A stretch of 64,000 nucleotides of DNA. It comes from Pseudomonadales bacterium. Its GTDB lineage: Bacteria; Patescibacteriota; Microgenomatia; UBA1400; PJMF01. Below are positions 9,574 to 18,486 of the stretch, piece by piece (position 1 is the stretch's first letter; every line of letters starts with the position of its first letter). The position numbers were made by a program, and so were the translations under genes. The stretch covers positions 11,550-75,549 of the forward strand of contig JACKFY010000002.1 in the NCBI GenBank assembly GCA_020632235.1, in the 5' to 3' direction. Below the pieces are notes generated by a model that was not told the origin of the DNA, ran no database searches, and saw nothing but the letters and a program-made list of their open reading frames with translations.

Positions 9574-10881
9574 ATGCGCTACCTTGATCAGCAAACCAAA
9601 CAAGCGTTGAAAGGAAAGCGCGTGCTTGTTCGGGTAGACTATAACGTGCCAGTAGATGCTGCTGATACCCCCCGACCCTCCCTCCCCGCCCCCAAACGTG
9701 TCGAAAACTCGCTTGAAACCATTCATTTTTTGCTCAAAAATGACGCGACTCCCATCTTGTGTTCGCACCGCGGTCGTCCCAAAGGGAAAGAGGAGCGCTA
9801 TTCGCTCAAGCCGTTAGCCACTATTTTGAGTGATCAGTACAACATACCTTGTTCGTTTTCTCCTGATTGTATTGGTGATATAGCATATAATATAATACAA
9901 AATACGCCACTAAACAGCATGGTGCTACTCGAAAACCTTCGTTTTTATGACGGGGAAAAAACAAATGATGCCACGTTTGCCAAGCAGCTGGCAGAGTTAG
10001 CCGATCTCTATGTCAACGACGCATTCTCGACTGCGCACAGAAACCACGCTTCAGTTGTGGGCGTGCCTCTCTACCTACCTTCCTATGCTGGCATGAGCTT
10101 TGCCCGCGAGGTGACAACGCTGACTACGCTTCTGGAAAAACCCGAGCGTCCATTCATTGTTGTTCTGGGTGGAGCAAAAATTTCAGACAAAGTTTCAGCT
10201 GTTAAAAATTTAAGCAACCAGGCAGACATGGTACTCATAGGTGGCGCGGTAGCCAATAATTTTTTGAAGGCAGAAGGCTTGGAAATTTACCGCTCATTCA
10301 TAGAAGAACAGCAAGCGGTGGATAGTAGTAAAACGACTGATTTCGTCGCGTTTGCAGGGCAGGTGCTGGCAGATCACGCCCACGAGAAGGTGCTGAAAGA
10401 CGACTATATACCTATCCCCAAGTTACTCGCGCCCATAGACGTGATAGCTGCACCAAGTGCCGTACTACACAAAGACGAGCAAGACCGAGCAGCACCCCAA
10501 CACGAAGTAGTAGAGCTAACACACGACATGCTTGATAAAGATGAAAGTGAAGATAAAATCTATGTTGATATCGGCCCCAAGACACAACAGCTGTACCAAA
10601 GTCTCCTGGCAAGCGCTAAAACCATTTTTTGGAACGGCCCGATGGGCGTTTGGGAACAACCAGAGTTTTCAGACGGCACAAAAACAATTGCAGAGAGTGT
10701 AGCTGGCTCAAACGGCTACACCGTCATCGGCGGAGGTGACACCATCGCTGCGGTTGACCACTTTGGACTAGAAAACAAGTTTTCCTATATATCTGCAGCA
10801 GGCGGCAGCGCACTGGCATTCTTGGGTGGTGAAGTACTGCCTGGCATTGCTGCACTAGAAGAAAATACTCAAGGCGCTTGA
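9574..10881 (+). CDS. pgk: phosphoglycerate kinase
   Basis: N-terminus GKRVLVRVDYNVP. Motifs CSHRGRPKGK, LLENLRFY, and C-terminal GGGDT.AA. An ATG with an RBS is preferred over the upstream TTG of the ORF track. Confidence 0.9.
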   Translation: MRYLDQQTKQALKGKRVLVRVDYNVPVDAADTPRPSLPAPKRVENSLETIHFLLKNDATPILCSHRGRPKGKEERYSLKPLATILSDQYNIPCSFSPDCIGDIAYNIIQNTPLNSMVLLENLRFYDGEKTNDATFAKQLAELADLYVNDAFSTAHRNHASVVGVPLYLPSYAGMSFAREVTTLTTLLEKPERPFIVVLGGAKISDKVSAVKNLSNQADMVLIGGAVANNFLKAEGLEIYRSFIEEQQAVDSSKTTDFVAFAGQVLADHAHEKVLKDDYIPIPKLLAPIDVIAAPSAVLHKDEQDRAAPQHEVVELTHDMLDKDESEDKIYVDIGPKTQQLYQSLLASAKTIFWNGPMGVWEQPEFSDGTKTIAESVAGSNGYTVIGGGDTIAAVDHFGLENKFSYISAAGGSALAFLGGEVLPGIAALEENTQGA

Positions 10882-10940
10882 CAACAACCACTCGCACCAC
10901 GTACGCTGTTTTATGTACGTATGTTTTGTAGAAAAAACAC

Positions 10941-12866
10941 ATGGTAAACGCCGTTGGTGGCACACCGCCCACCACCCCACCACCCACCCCGCCCTCGTCA
11001 AGTACTGGCGAAGATGTGGCGACCAACAATCAGCCATCGACGGACATCTCCAGCTCCGACACATCGAAGAGCGATGCGACAACAAGCAACATGCCTCAAC
11101 CGCAGGCTACTCCTCCTCTAGCGGAAACACCCACCCAACAACCAGTTCCTTCCCCCATACCCACAGTGGCAGCCCCTCTTCCCGCTATGCCACCACAACC
11201 TGGTAGTCAGCTGCCAATAAAAACCCTTCCCGCCGTACCACAAGCTACCGTTAGCCAACAACTAGGAACTAAAAAATCTCAGCCACAAGCTAACCCAACT
11301 CTGGCGAAAGCAACTGCTCCTCCTCCCAAAGAAAAAAAGAGTAAAAAATGGATACTTGCAGGTGCGTTTGCTGCTCTCATTCTCTTGATTGGCGGGATTG
11401 GTGGGTTTTTCCTGATGCAACAAAACCAGGACTTGAGAAACCAGGCAGAGACTATTCCTACTCCAACTCCAAAAATAGCAGTTGTGGGCAGCTCATGTAC
11501 AAAACGAGCATACAAAAGCACTGGTCCTGACAGCAACACTCCCACAAGCACCTCTGTCACCCAGTTTGAACAAGATGAAGCCATTATTTTTGAAATTGAT
11601 GTCACCCAGACACAAGGGCCTGTTCCCCTGATTATTGAAGACGACTACTCTCAATTTTTGGGTGCAGGATGGGATATTGACTCAGTTATGGTCAATGGCT
11701 CTGACACCTGCCAGCCTGACGCGCAGTTTAATGCTAGTAACCCTGGAAAGTACCGCTGTACCTGGCTCATGGCTTCTCCAGGAGCAACACTACCGCTTGT
11801 TATGAGGCTAGAGCCAACGGGTAATCAACTCCAGTCTCTTTCTACTGGCTCAGCACAAAAGCTGACCAACACCGTCAGGCTCATTCCGTGTGAATCATGT
11901 GGTACTGGTGGTATGGAACAGACGGGAGTAGGTGAGCAACCTACTCAAAGTGAAGGGGTGTGTTCAGCACAGATTGAGATAACTACCCCAACAGAGCCAA
12001 CACTCAGCTGTAACAGCGCCTGTACTCCAGGAGCGGTCACTGGCTCTCGCACCGATATGTGCGCCCAGCAACTTGGCGGAGGGTACTCTTGCGTGCAAGT
12101 ACTTGATAAACCAGAAGATCCTAACGAACCAACTCATCGTTGCCGACTCACCAACAACCCAACTGATGAGCAGTGCAAAGAGATAATCGTCATTAATCCA
12201 CCATCACCCAAACCAGCACCGCCCGCATGTAACAGCCTCTGTACTCCTAGTGAAGATCCAGAAAAAGACGAGTGCACGCTTAATCTTGGCTCACAGTATT
12301 TGTGTCTTGATGCTACAGGAAGCTCGACTAGTGAAATACTCAGTGAATATCGCTGTCGACTCAAAGCAAACCCCACAAATGAACAATGTGTTGACCCAAA
12401 TAGAAAAATGACCTGTAACAGCACCTGCACGCTCTCTCTTACCAATGATGAAGTAGATGAGTGCGAACAAGATTTGGGCAGTGAGTATGTCTGTGCAAAT
12501 GTTTCAAGCTCGACTGAAAAAATACTAACCCGTTGCCGACTCAAAGCAAACACGGGTGATGTTTCTTGCAAACAACAAACGGGGCCAACTGCGACTCCTT
12601 CCAGCGCGCCTTCTGCCAACCCCTCGGCAACTCCACAGACAAGCCCAGCTGTGAGTAGTACGCCGTCAGCTTCTCCAGATACCTCATCAAGCCAGAGCCC
12701 GAGTCCAACCACCGGTATTACCGGTACACAGCCATCACCTACTCCGTCAACACAACCCGTGTTACCGCAAGAGTTGCCACAGACAGGTGCATTTGACTCA
12801 TCAGTACTCCTTAAAGTAGGAATGGTGATAGTCACGCTAGGAGCAGCAATTTTGCTACTACTATAA
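10941..12866 (+). CDS. cell-surface protein: Pro/Thr-rich N-terminus, signal-anchor TM, four Cys-rich repeat modules, C-terminal LPQTG sortase sorting signal
   Basis: C-terminus LPQELPQTGAFDSSVLLKVGMVIVTLGAAILLLL (LPxTG motif, hydrophobic segment, end). Internal repeats of the form CNSxCTP...C...Y.C...YRCRLKANPT.EQC. The start may be an internal Met. Confidence 0.75.
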   Translation: MVNAVGGTPPTTPPPTPPSSSTGEDVATNNQPSTDISSSDTSKSDATTSNMPQPQATPPLAETPTQQPVPSPIPTVAAPLPAMPPQPGSQLPIKTLPAVPQATVSQQLGTKKSQPQANPTLAKATAPPPKEKKSKKWILAGAFAALILLIGGIGGFFLMQQNQDLRNQAETIPTPTPKIAVVGSSCTKRAYKSTGPDSNTPTSTSVTQFEQDEAIIFEIDVTQTQGPVPLIIEDDYSQFLGAGWDIDSVMVNGSDTCQPDAQFNASNPGKYRCTWLMASPGATLPLVMRLEPTGNQLQSLSTGSAQKLTNTVRLIPCESCGTGGMEQTGVGEQPTQSEGVCSAQIEITTPTEPTLSCNSACTPGAVTGSRTDMCAQQLGGGYSCVQVLDKPEDPNEPTHRCRLTNNPTDEQCKEIIVINPPSPKPAPPACNSLCTPSEDPEKDECTLNLGSQYLCLDATGSSTSEILSEYRCRLKANPTNEQCVDPNRKMTCNSTCTLSLTNDEVDECEQDLGSEYVCANVSSSTEKILTRCRLKANTGDVSCKQQTGPTATPSSAPSANPSATPQTSPAVSSTPSASPDTSSSQSPSPTTGITGTQPSPTPSTQPVLPQELPQTGAFDSSVLLKVGMVIVTLGAAILLLL

Positions 12867-12931
12867 ACAAAAAATACAACGTAGTATGAAACGAAAATAA
12901 GTACTAAATTGAAGTAAACGTCACATTTTTT

Positions 12932-14608
12932 ATGAACGTACAACAAACAAATACTAGTAAACCTCAACCTCCTTTGTACGGAGACGCAAGTGGTCCTACT
13001 GTCCAAACAGAAAAAGTGGTCAAAAACAGCAAAAAACCTCCTTCAAAGAAAAAAGTACTACAGCTTATTGTTGGATTTGTGTTCTTTATGCTCCTAGTAG
13101 GTGGCTCTTCAGTGGGGCTCTACTTGGCACAACAACAACAGGATGTCAGAAACCAAGCTGCAGCAGATTTGTGTGCCAATATCACCAATAATGTCATTGG
13201 CACTATCAGCAAACCAATCATAGAAAATACAGGCAGAGCTCTGGCAACTGTTCAAAACACCTCTACAGATTGTACCCACGAACTGTCTTTGATGGCCTTT
13301 GAAGTATATGATGACATGCAAGACCCCAACTGGCTCAACACTCAAGTTCTATTTGATAGTAGTACTGCAACTATTGCTCCAGGGGAAACGCTTATTTTAG
13401 ATGTTCGGCTTCCCTCTTGTAACTATCAGATTGACCTAGCAGAAGGAAAGCCGCTCGTACCACCCGATTACAGATCTTCATCCCTGCACTTGTTTGACTT
13501 TGCATTTGGCGGAGGTGCACTATGTGGCGCCCCATCTACTCCTACTCCATCGCCCCAAGTATCGTCTGCACCACTCACTTGTAACAGTGTGTGTCAGCAG
13601 GCAGACAAAGACCAATGTACAGCAAGCATGGGGCCAGAATACTCATGTGTCATGACTGACGGCTCTCGCACAGGACGATGCAGAAGAACCAGCAATCCAA
13701 GTAGTGAAAAATGTGAAGCGCCTACTATTGTCAGTCCCTCTCCCTCTTCTACCACCCCACAATGTAACTCCACCTGTACTCCAGAAAGTGCTAATGTTAA
13801 AGATACATGCGTGCTCAGTATGGGCTCAGCATATGAGTGTACTGTTATCACTAACGCAAATCTTGAAATAAAAGATGAGTATAGATGTAGATTGAAGACA
13901 AACCCAACTAGCACTACGTGTCAAGCTCCTGCCTCGAATGAACCGATTGTCTGCAACAGTGTGTGTGATCCTCTAGCAGATAAATGTGGCGAGGCTGTAG
14001 GAGAAGGACATGCGTGCATCAACACCGCTACCGGCACTAATCGTGCTCAGTATCGCTGTCGAAGAGAAACCAACCCAACCAGCAGCACTTGTTCTCTACC
14101 TACTAGTGTCTCTCCGAGTCCAAGCGTAAGCCCTTCGGTGAGTCCAAGTATCTCTCCTTCTCCTAGCCCTACACCTACCTATACCTGCAACAGTACCTGT
14201 ACGGGTGACAGTCAGTGTCACAGCGCTAATGCAAGCTACGTCTGCTACAAAGAAGGTAGCAACACTACGGGAGTCTGTAGAATGGGTAACAACCCAAGTA
14301 ACACAAGTTGTCAGGCAGCCCAAGGTACCTATGCGTGTAACTCTACTTGCTCTGCAGATGCACAGTGTCAAACAATAGGTAGTGGCTACATCTGTCATGA
14401 GGGTGCATGTAGGATGAGTGCCTATCCAACCCAAACCAATTGTCAGGCACCGGTCGTAGCCCAGCAGCCTGTCTATCAGACACCGACTCCTGCCCAACCA
14501 GTCCTTCCTGAAGAACTACCCCAGACTGGCGCCTTTGACTTCTCACTGGTAGCAAAGATTGGTGTGGCTACCCTTGCACTGGGTGCTGCGCTACTACTTC
14601 TACTGTAA
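12932..14608 (+). CDS. paralogous cell-surface protein with ~6 Cys-rich repeat modules and a C-terminal LPQTG sorting signal
   Basis: N-terminus KKKVLQLIVGFVFFMLLVGG...QDVRNQA mirrors the upstream gene. C-terminus LPEELPQTGAFDFSLVAKIGVATLALGAALLLLL. Confidence 0.75.
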   Translation: MNVQQTNTSKPQPPLYGDASGPTVQTEKVVKNSKKPPSKKKVLQLIVGFVFFMLLVGGSSVGLYLAQQQQDVRNQAAADLCANITNNVIGTISKPIIENTGRALATVQNTSTDCTHELSLMAFEVYDDMQDPNWLNTQVLFDSSTATIAPGETLILDVRLPSCNYQIDLAEGKPLVPPDYRSSSLHLFDFAFGGGALCGAPSTPTPSPQVSSAPLTCNSVCQQADKDQCTASMGPEYSCVMTDGSRTGRCRRTSNPSSEKCEAPTIVSPSPSSTTPQCNSTCTPESANVKDTCVLSMGSAYECTVITNANLEIKDEYRCRLKTNPTSTTCQAPASNEPIVCNSVCDPLADKCGEAVGEGHACINTATGTNRAQYRCRRETNPTSSTCSLPTSVSPSPSVSPSVSPSISPSPSPTPTYTCNSTCTGDSQCHSANASYVCYKEGSNTTGVCRMGNNPSNTSCQAAQGTYACNSTCSADAQCQTIGSGYICHEGACRMSAYPTQTNCQAPVVAQQPVYQTPTPAQPVLPEELPQTGAFDFSLVAKIGVATLALGAALLLLL

Positions 14609-14611
14609 AGA

Positions 14612-14770
14612 CTATCCCCTCCTTCACCATAGAATGGTGAAGGAGGGGTGTTTTAGCACTTCCTTTGTAAGGGAAGACATCCCGACTTTAGTCGCGATAG
14701 AAGGGTTTACCTCTGTTATTTCGATCCGCCGGCTGGCGGATACAAATCTGCATGGAACAGAGATCTCTCC
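14612..14770. repeat. composite hairpin-repeat element (family member)
   Basis: Modules shared with other copies: CACCATAGAATGGTG + GGGGTGTTTT; CCTTTGTAAGGG; GAAGGGTTTACC; reverse-complemented CCGCCAGCCGGCGGATCGAAA motif. Confidence 0.5.
14613..14650 (+). terminator. intrinsic terminator-like hairpin (CCCCTCCTTCACC-ATAGAA-TGGTGAAGGAGGGG, then TGTTTT); also the first module of a composite repeat element
   Basis: 13-bp GC-rich stem, followed by a U-rich tract, 5 nt after the stop of the preceding gene. Confidence 0.55.
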
Positions 14771-14824
14771 TGTCCACGTTATTCCAGTTGAAATGGCAAG
14801 AAAAAAGGACGGCAAAAGCACTAT

Positions 14825-14950
14825 GCGTCTACTAGGACTTACCGATGCTGCGATCGGCACAGGCTTCTCGCCCTACTAGCCGCGTGTGCGTCTACTAGGA
14901 CTTACCGATGCTGCGATCGGCACAGGCTTCTCGCCCTACTAGCCGCGTGT
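14825..14950. repeat. two tandem 63-bp direct repeats, each beginning with the last 15 nt of the adjacent tRNA (GCGTCTACTAGGACT) and containing the palindrome CCGATGCTGCGATCGG
   Basis: Exact duplication at 14825-14887 and 14888-14950. A third copy of the 15-nt start is the 3' end of tRNA-Ile itself (14951 onward). Confidence 0.85.
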
Positions 14951-15023
14951 GCGTCTACTAGGACTCGAACCTAGAACCCCCAAGGTATAAGCTTGGTGCT
15001 CTCACCAATTGAGCTATAGACGC
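14950..15023 (-). tRNA. tRNA-Ile, anticodon UAU (reads AUA)
   Basis: Reverse complement: GCGTCTA-TA-GCTC-AATTGGTGA-GAGC-A-CCAAG-CTTATAC-CTTGG-GGGTT-CTAGG-TTCGAGT-CCTAG-TAGACGC-A. Canonical cloverleaf with anticodon loop C-U-UAU-A-C. Confidence 0.75.
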
Positions 15024-15119
15024 ACGGACAAAAGCATTATACCCCACCACCCACCCCCACCAAAGCAGTGAGTTAGTCTGGTAAAACCAAGCAGCTCGCG
15101 GTACAATACCGCTCGCGGT

Positions 15120-16145
15120 ATGAAAAAAACTCAAACATTTCTAAACAAACACTGGAAAAAACTACTGTTATTCCTTATTTTGTTTGCAGGAGTAGGCGCT
15201 CTTGTGTATGCCCAAGCAAAACCAGAGGTAGAAGAAGTTGTTACTGCTCATCCAGAGATAAAAACCATCACCCAAACACTCGACGTAAGCGGTATTGTCG
15301 ATGCAAAAACAAAAGCAGCGCTCAGTTTTGCCGGCGGGGGCAAGCTTGTCTCACTCAATGTCAAAGAGGGTGAGTACGTGGGCAAAGGCGCACTTATCGC
15401 ATCGCTTGACCAAGCACTTTTGAATAAACAACTGTGGTATGAGCTCAACACCTTTAAAAAAGAGCGTATCGACTGGGACCAAACGCTTGATGACTTTGAG
15501 GAAACCAACCAAACTATTGAAGACAACAGAGCAAAAGAAAAAGACCAACTTGATCTTGATAACAGCGTGCTTAAAGTAGAGATGCAGTCTCTTGCCTTTC
15601 GTGATGCGCGACTAACGGCACCTTTTGCAGGAGTAATCACTGCCCTACCAGTGCCAACAGCGGGTATTGTGATTGGCCCCCAAGACGTGTTCGAACTAGT
15701 TGACCCCACCACCCTTGTGATGCGTGCTGCGGTAGACGAAACAGACATCGCGAAAGTAACCCAGGGGCTCTCGGCTCGTGTGACACTTGATGCTCACCCT
15801 GATGATGAAGTGCGCACGCAGGTGTCCTACATCTCACCTACTAGCCAACAGTCGAGCACGGGCACAGTCTTTGTGGTAGAGCTACCACTCGATACTGTTG
15901 CAGGACTCAACTACTATCGCCTAGGAATGAACGGCGATGTCACCATCATTATTCAAGAAAAAACAGGTGTGTTGAGCGTACCTATTGATGCAACTATCGT
16001 GCGAGACGAAAAAACGTATGTTGAGGTACAACATGCTGATGGCAGTCTGGAAGAAAAAGAAATAGAGGTGGGGATTGAAACTGAAAACGAAGTAGAAGTA
16101 GTGCAAGGGCTCTCGACACAAGATAGTATCGTCATCCCTAGTTAG
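15120..16145 (+). CDS. efflux periplasmic adaptor subunit (HlyD/MacA-like)
   Basis: N-terminal signal-anchor, coiled-coil centre, beta-barrel C-terminus (RLTAPFAGVITAL, GMNGDVTI). First gene of an adaptor-ATPase-permease triad. Confidence 0.7.
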   Translation: MKKTQTFLNKHWKKLLLFLILFAGVGALVYAQAKPEVEEVVTAHPEIKTITQTLDVSGIVDAKTKAALSFAGGGKLVSLNVKEGEYVGKGALIASLDQALLNKQLWYELNTFKKERIDWDQTLDDFEETNQTIEDNRAKEKDQLDLDNSVLKVEMQSLAFRDARLTAPFAGVITALPVPTAGIVIGPQDVFELVDPTTLVMRAAVDETDIAKVTQGLSARVTLDAHPDDEVRTQVSYISPTSQQSSTGTVFVVELPLDTVAGLNYYRLGMNGDVTIIIQEKTGVLSVPIDATIVRDEKTYVEVQHADGSLEEKEIEVGIETENEVEVVQGLSTQDSIVIPS

Positions 16146-16149
16146 TACT

Positions 16150-16926
16150 ATGTTACTCTCTCTGCAAAACGTTCAAAAAATATACACACTTGGCGGGGTT
16201 ACCATCAACGCGCTGGATAACGTTTCACTCTCAATAGACGAAGGAGAGTTTGTGAGCATCATGGGTCCCTCTGGCTCTGGCAAGTCTACGTTTCTGCAAA
16301 TTGCCAGCATGTTAGCCGAGCCAACATCAGGCATCATCTTGCTAAAAGATCATGAAGTATCCACACTCAAAGAGACAGAGCGCGCCAGGCTGCGCAACAA
16401 AGAAATTGGCTTTGTCTTCCAACAGTTTAACTTGCTGGCGCGCACCTCAGCGCTCGATAACGTCGCCCTTCCCCTCATGTACGCGGGGGTGAGTAGTAAT
16501 GAGCGCACACAACGAGCCAAAGAAATGCTTGACCAAGTCGGCCTCTCGGACAGAATGGGTAACGCGCCCGCCCAGCTTTCTGGTGGCCAACAGCAACGCG
16601 TGGCTATTGCCCGCGCGCTTGTTAATAATCCTAGTATTATCTTTGCGGATGAGCCAACAGGCAATCTTGACTCAAAAAGTGGCGAAGACATCAAAAACAT
16701 CCTACTTGATCTTCACCAAGAAGGAAAAACGATCATTATGGTTACACACGAAGAAGATGTGGCAGAAATTTCAAAGAGAAAAATTATCTTCAAAGACGGA
16801 AAAGTTATCTCTGACTCCAAATTTGACACAAGTCACGAGCAAACTGCCTACGGCAAGCGCAAAGTAAAAAAGGCACGAAGCGCGAGTAAAACAAAGCGAA
16901 CATCGCGAAAGAAAGCAAAAAAGTAG
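16150..16926 (+). CDS. ABC transporter ATP-binding protein (MacB/LolD/FtsE-type)
   Basis: Walker [11 protein letters not shown]-loop, signature [15 protein letters not shown], Walker [14 protein letters not shown]-loop VTHEE. Confidence 0.9.
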   Translation: MLLSLQNVQKIYTLGGVTINALDNVSLSIDEGEFVSIMGPSGSGKSTFLQIASMLAEPTSGIILLKDHEVSTLKETERARLRNKEIGFVFQQFNLLARTSALDNVALPLMYAGVSSNERTQRAKEMLDQVGLSDRMGNAPAQLSGGQQQRVAIARALVNNPSIIFADEPTGNLDSKSGEDIKNILLDLHQEGKTIIMVTHEEDVAEISKRKIIFKDGKVISDSKFDTSHEQTAYGKRKVKKARSASKTKRTSRKKAKK

Positions 16927-16929
16927 TCT

Positions 16930-18135
16930 ATGTTTTGGCAAATATTTTTGATTGCTGTCAAGGCAATCCTCACCAACAAAACGCGCTCATTCCTGACGAT
17001 GCTGGGAGTGATTATCGGTGTGGGCTCGGTAGTGCTTTTGACCAGCATCGGCACAGGGTTGCAGTCGTATGTATCCGATCAATTTAGCACACTCGGGGGA
17101 ACAGTGATCTTTGTCAGCCCTGGTGATCCATTTGGCGAGGGCGGATTTGGAGAAAGCAGCTTTATTGAGAGCACCAAGCCAGTGCTCAAGCGCTCGTACT
17201 TTGACGAAGTGCTGCGTACACACCGAGATAGCATTAGTGAAGGGGTGGTGAGTGGACTAGCATCAGGACAAGCCAAGTACCGAGAGACTACAAAAAAGGT
17301 GATTTTGTATGGGGTAACCCCTAGCTTTGAGAGTGTTAATAAAGCAACCCCAGCAAAAGGCACCTGGTTTACCGATCTTGACGAGCAAAAAGGTGCGCGG
17401 GTTGCAGTGCTTGGCAGTGGTATTGCCACCGAGCTCTTTGGCGATGTTGACCCTGTGGGCAAACGTGTTCGAATTGCGAGCAGAACGTACTTGATAGACG
17501 CCGTGCTGGAAGAACAAGGTGGCGGGTTTGGTGGGCCTAGCTTTGATAACTATGTCTACATCCCATTTACAACCCTGCAAGATGACTTTGACGTAGAGCT
17601 CATAGACTCCTACTCCTTTGCCGCCAAAGATACCGAGTCTGTCGAGCAAGCCAAAAAAGACATTGAAGAGACTCTTTCAAAGTACCTAGAAGAAGATGAG
17701 TTTACCGTCTATGACCAGGCACAACTTTTGGAAACCATCAATAATATATTGGGGGTTATCACGGTAGCGCTGGGTGGCATCTCTGCTATCTCGCTGGTTG
17801 TGGGGGGGATCGGGATTATGAATATCATGCTCGTCAGTGTCACCGAGCGCACCCGAGAAATTGGTCTGCGCAAAGCCATTGGTGCGACGCCCAACGTGAT
17901 CTTACTGCAATTTTTGATTGAGTCTGCTCTGCTCTCGGTCATCGGTGGTTGTATGGGGCTACTGATTGCCTACCTGGGCTCTCTGGCTATCCAGCCGTTT
18001 TTCCCCGCCAAGGTGACTGTAGAGGCAGTCATACTTGCCTTTGGTGTCTCGACACTGGTCGGTCTGGTGTTTGGCGCTGCTCCCGCCAGACGGGCAGCGC
18101 AGCTCTCGCCCATCGAGGCGTTGAGGTATGAGTAG
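16930..18135 (+). CDS. ABC transporter permease, FtsX/MacB-type
   Basis: N-terminal TM, large extracytoplasmic domain, C-terminal FtsX-like four-TM bundle (IGIMNIMLVSVTERTREIGLRKAIGA). Confidence 0.85.
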   Translation: MFWQIFLIAVKAILTNKTRSFLTMLGVIIGVGSVVLLTSIGTGLQSYVSDQFSTLGGTVIFVSPGDPFGEGGFGESSFIESTKPVLKRSYFDEVLRTHRDSISEGVVSGLASGQAKYRETTKKVILYGVTPSFESVNKATPAKGTWFTDLDEQKGARVAVLGSGIATELFGDVDPVGKRVRIASRTYLIDAVLEEQGGGFGGPSFDNYVYIPFTTLQDDFDVELIDSYSFAAKDTESVEQAKKDIEETLSKYLEEDEFTVYDQAQLLETINNILGVITVALGGISAISLVVGGIGIMNIMLVSVTERTREIGLRKAIGATPNVILLQFLIESALLSVIGGCMGLLIAYLGSLAIQPFFPAKVTVEAVILAFGVSTLVGLVFGAAPARRAAQLSPIEALRYE

Positions 18136-18150
18136 TGCTATACTGACTGT

Positions 18151-18486
18151 GTGAAAAAAATTATCGTTTTACTGCTCCTTATTGCTGGAATAGGTTTTCT
18201 TGCATTTTCAGCAACGCGCGAAACTGCTTTTTCTTTCACTCTGCCTCAAACCGAGAAGATAATCACCATCCAACCCATCAAAATTACCGAGATCTCAGAG
18301 AGTGCGCCAGAACAGCTGTCCCAGCTAGGCAGCAGAGCCCAAACCATCGGTGACACCACTGGACAGGTTTTAGGAGAAGCCATACAGGCAGATACCCAGA
18401 GTGGTGAAAGCATGGCCAACACCGCTGTTGCGTACGGCAAGTATCTCTACTGCAAGCAGGTGGTGGAGGGGTGGGAGGCTAAATAA
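18151..18486 (+). CDS. small secreted hypothetical protein (111 aa; GTG start)
   Basis: N-terminal signal peptide-like KKIIVLLLLIAGIGFLAFSA. Confidence 0.4.
   Translation: MKKIIVLLLLIAGIGFLAFSATRETAFSFTLPQTEKIITIQPIKITEISESAPEQLSQLGSRAQTIGDTTGQVLGEAIQADTQSGESMANTAVAYGKYLYCKQVVEGWEAK

Noticed and set aside
12134-13006. 290-aa ORF antisense to the LPXTG surface-protein genes
   Set aside because: Antisense reading of repetitive Cys/Thr-rich coding sequence, with no independent support.
14559-14879. 106-aa ORF spanning the hairpin element and tandem 63-bp repeats next to tRNA-Ile
   Set aside because: It runs through non-coding repeat/terminator structures and the tRNA 3' flank.
15248-15748. 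166-aa ORF antisense to the HlyD-like gene
   Set aside because: Antisense to a supported CDS; serine-rich artefact.
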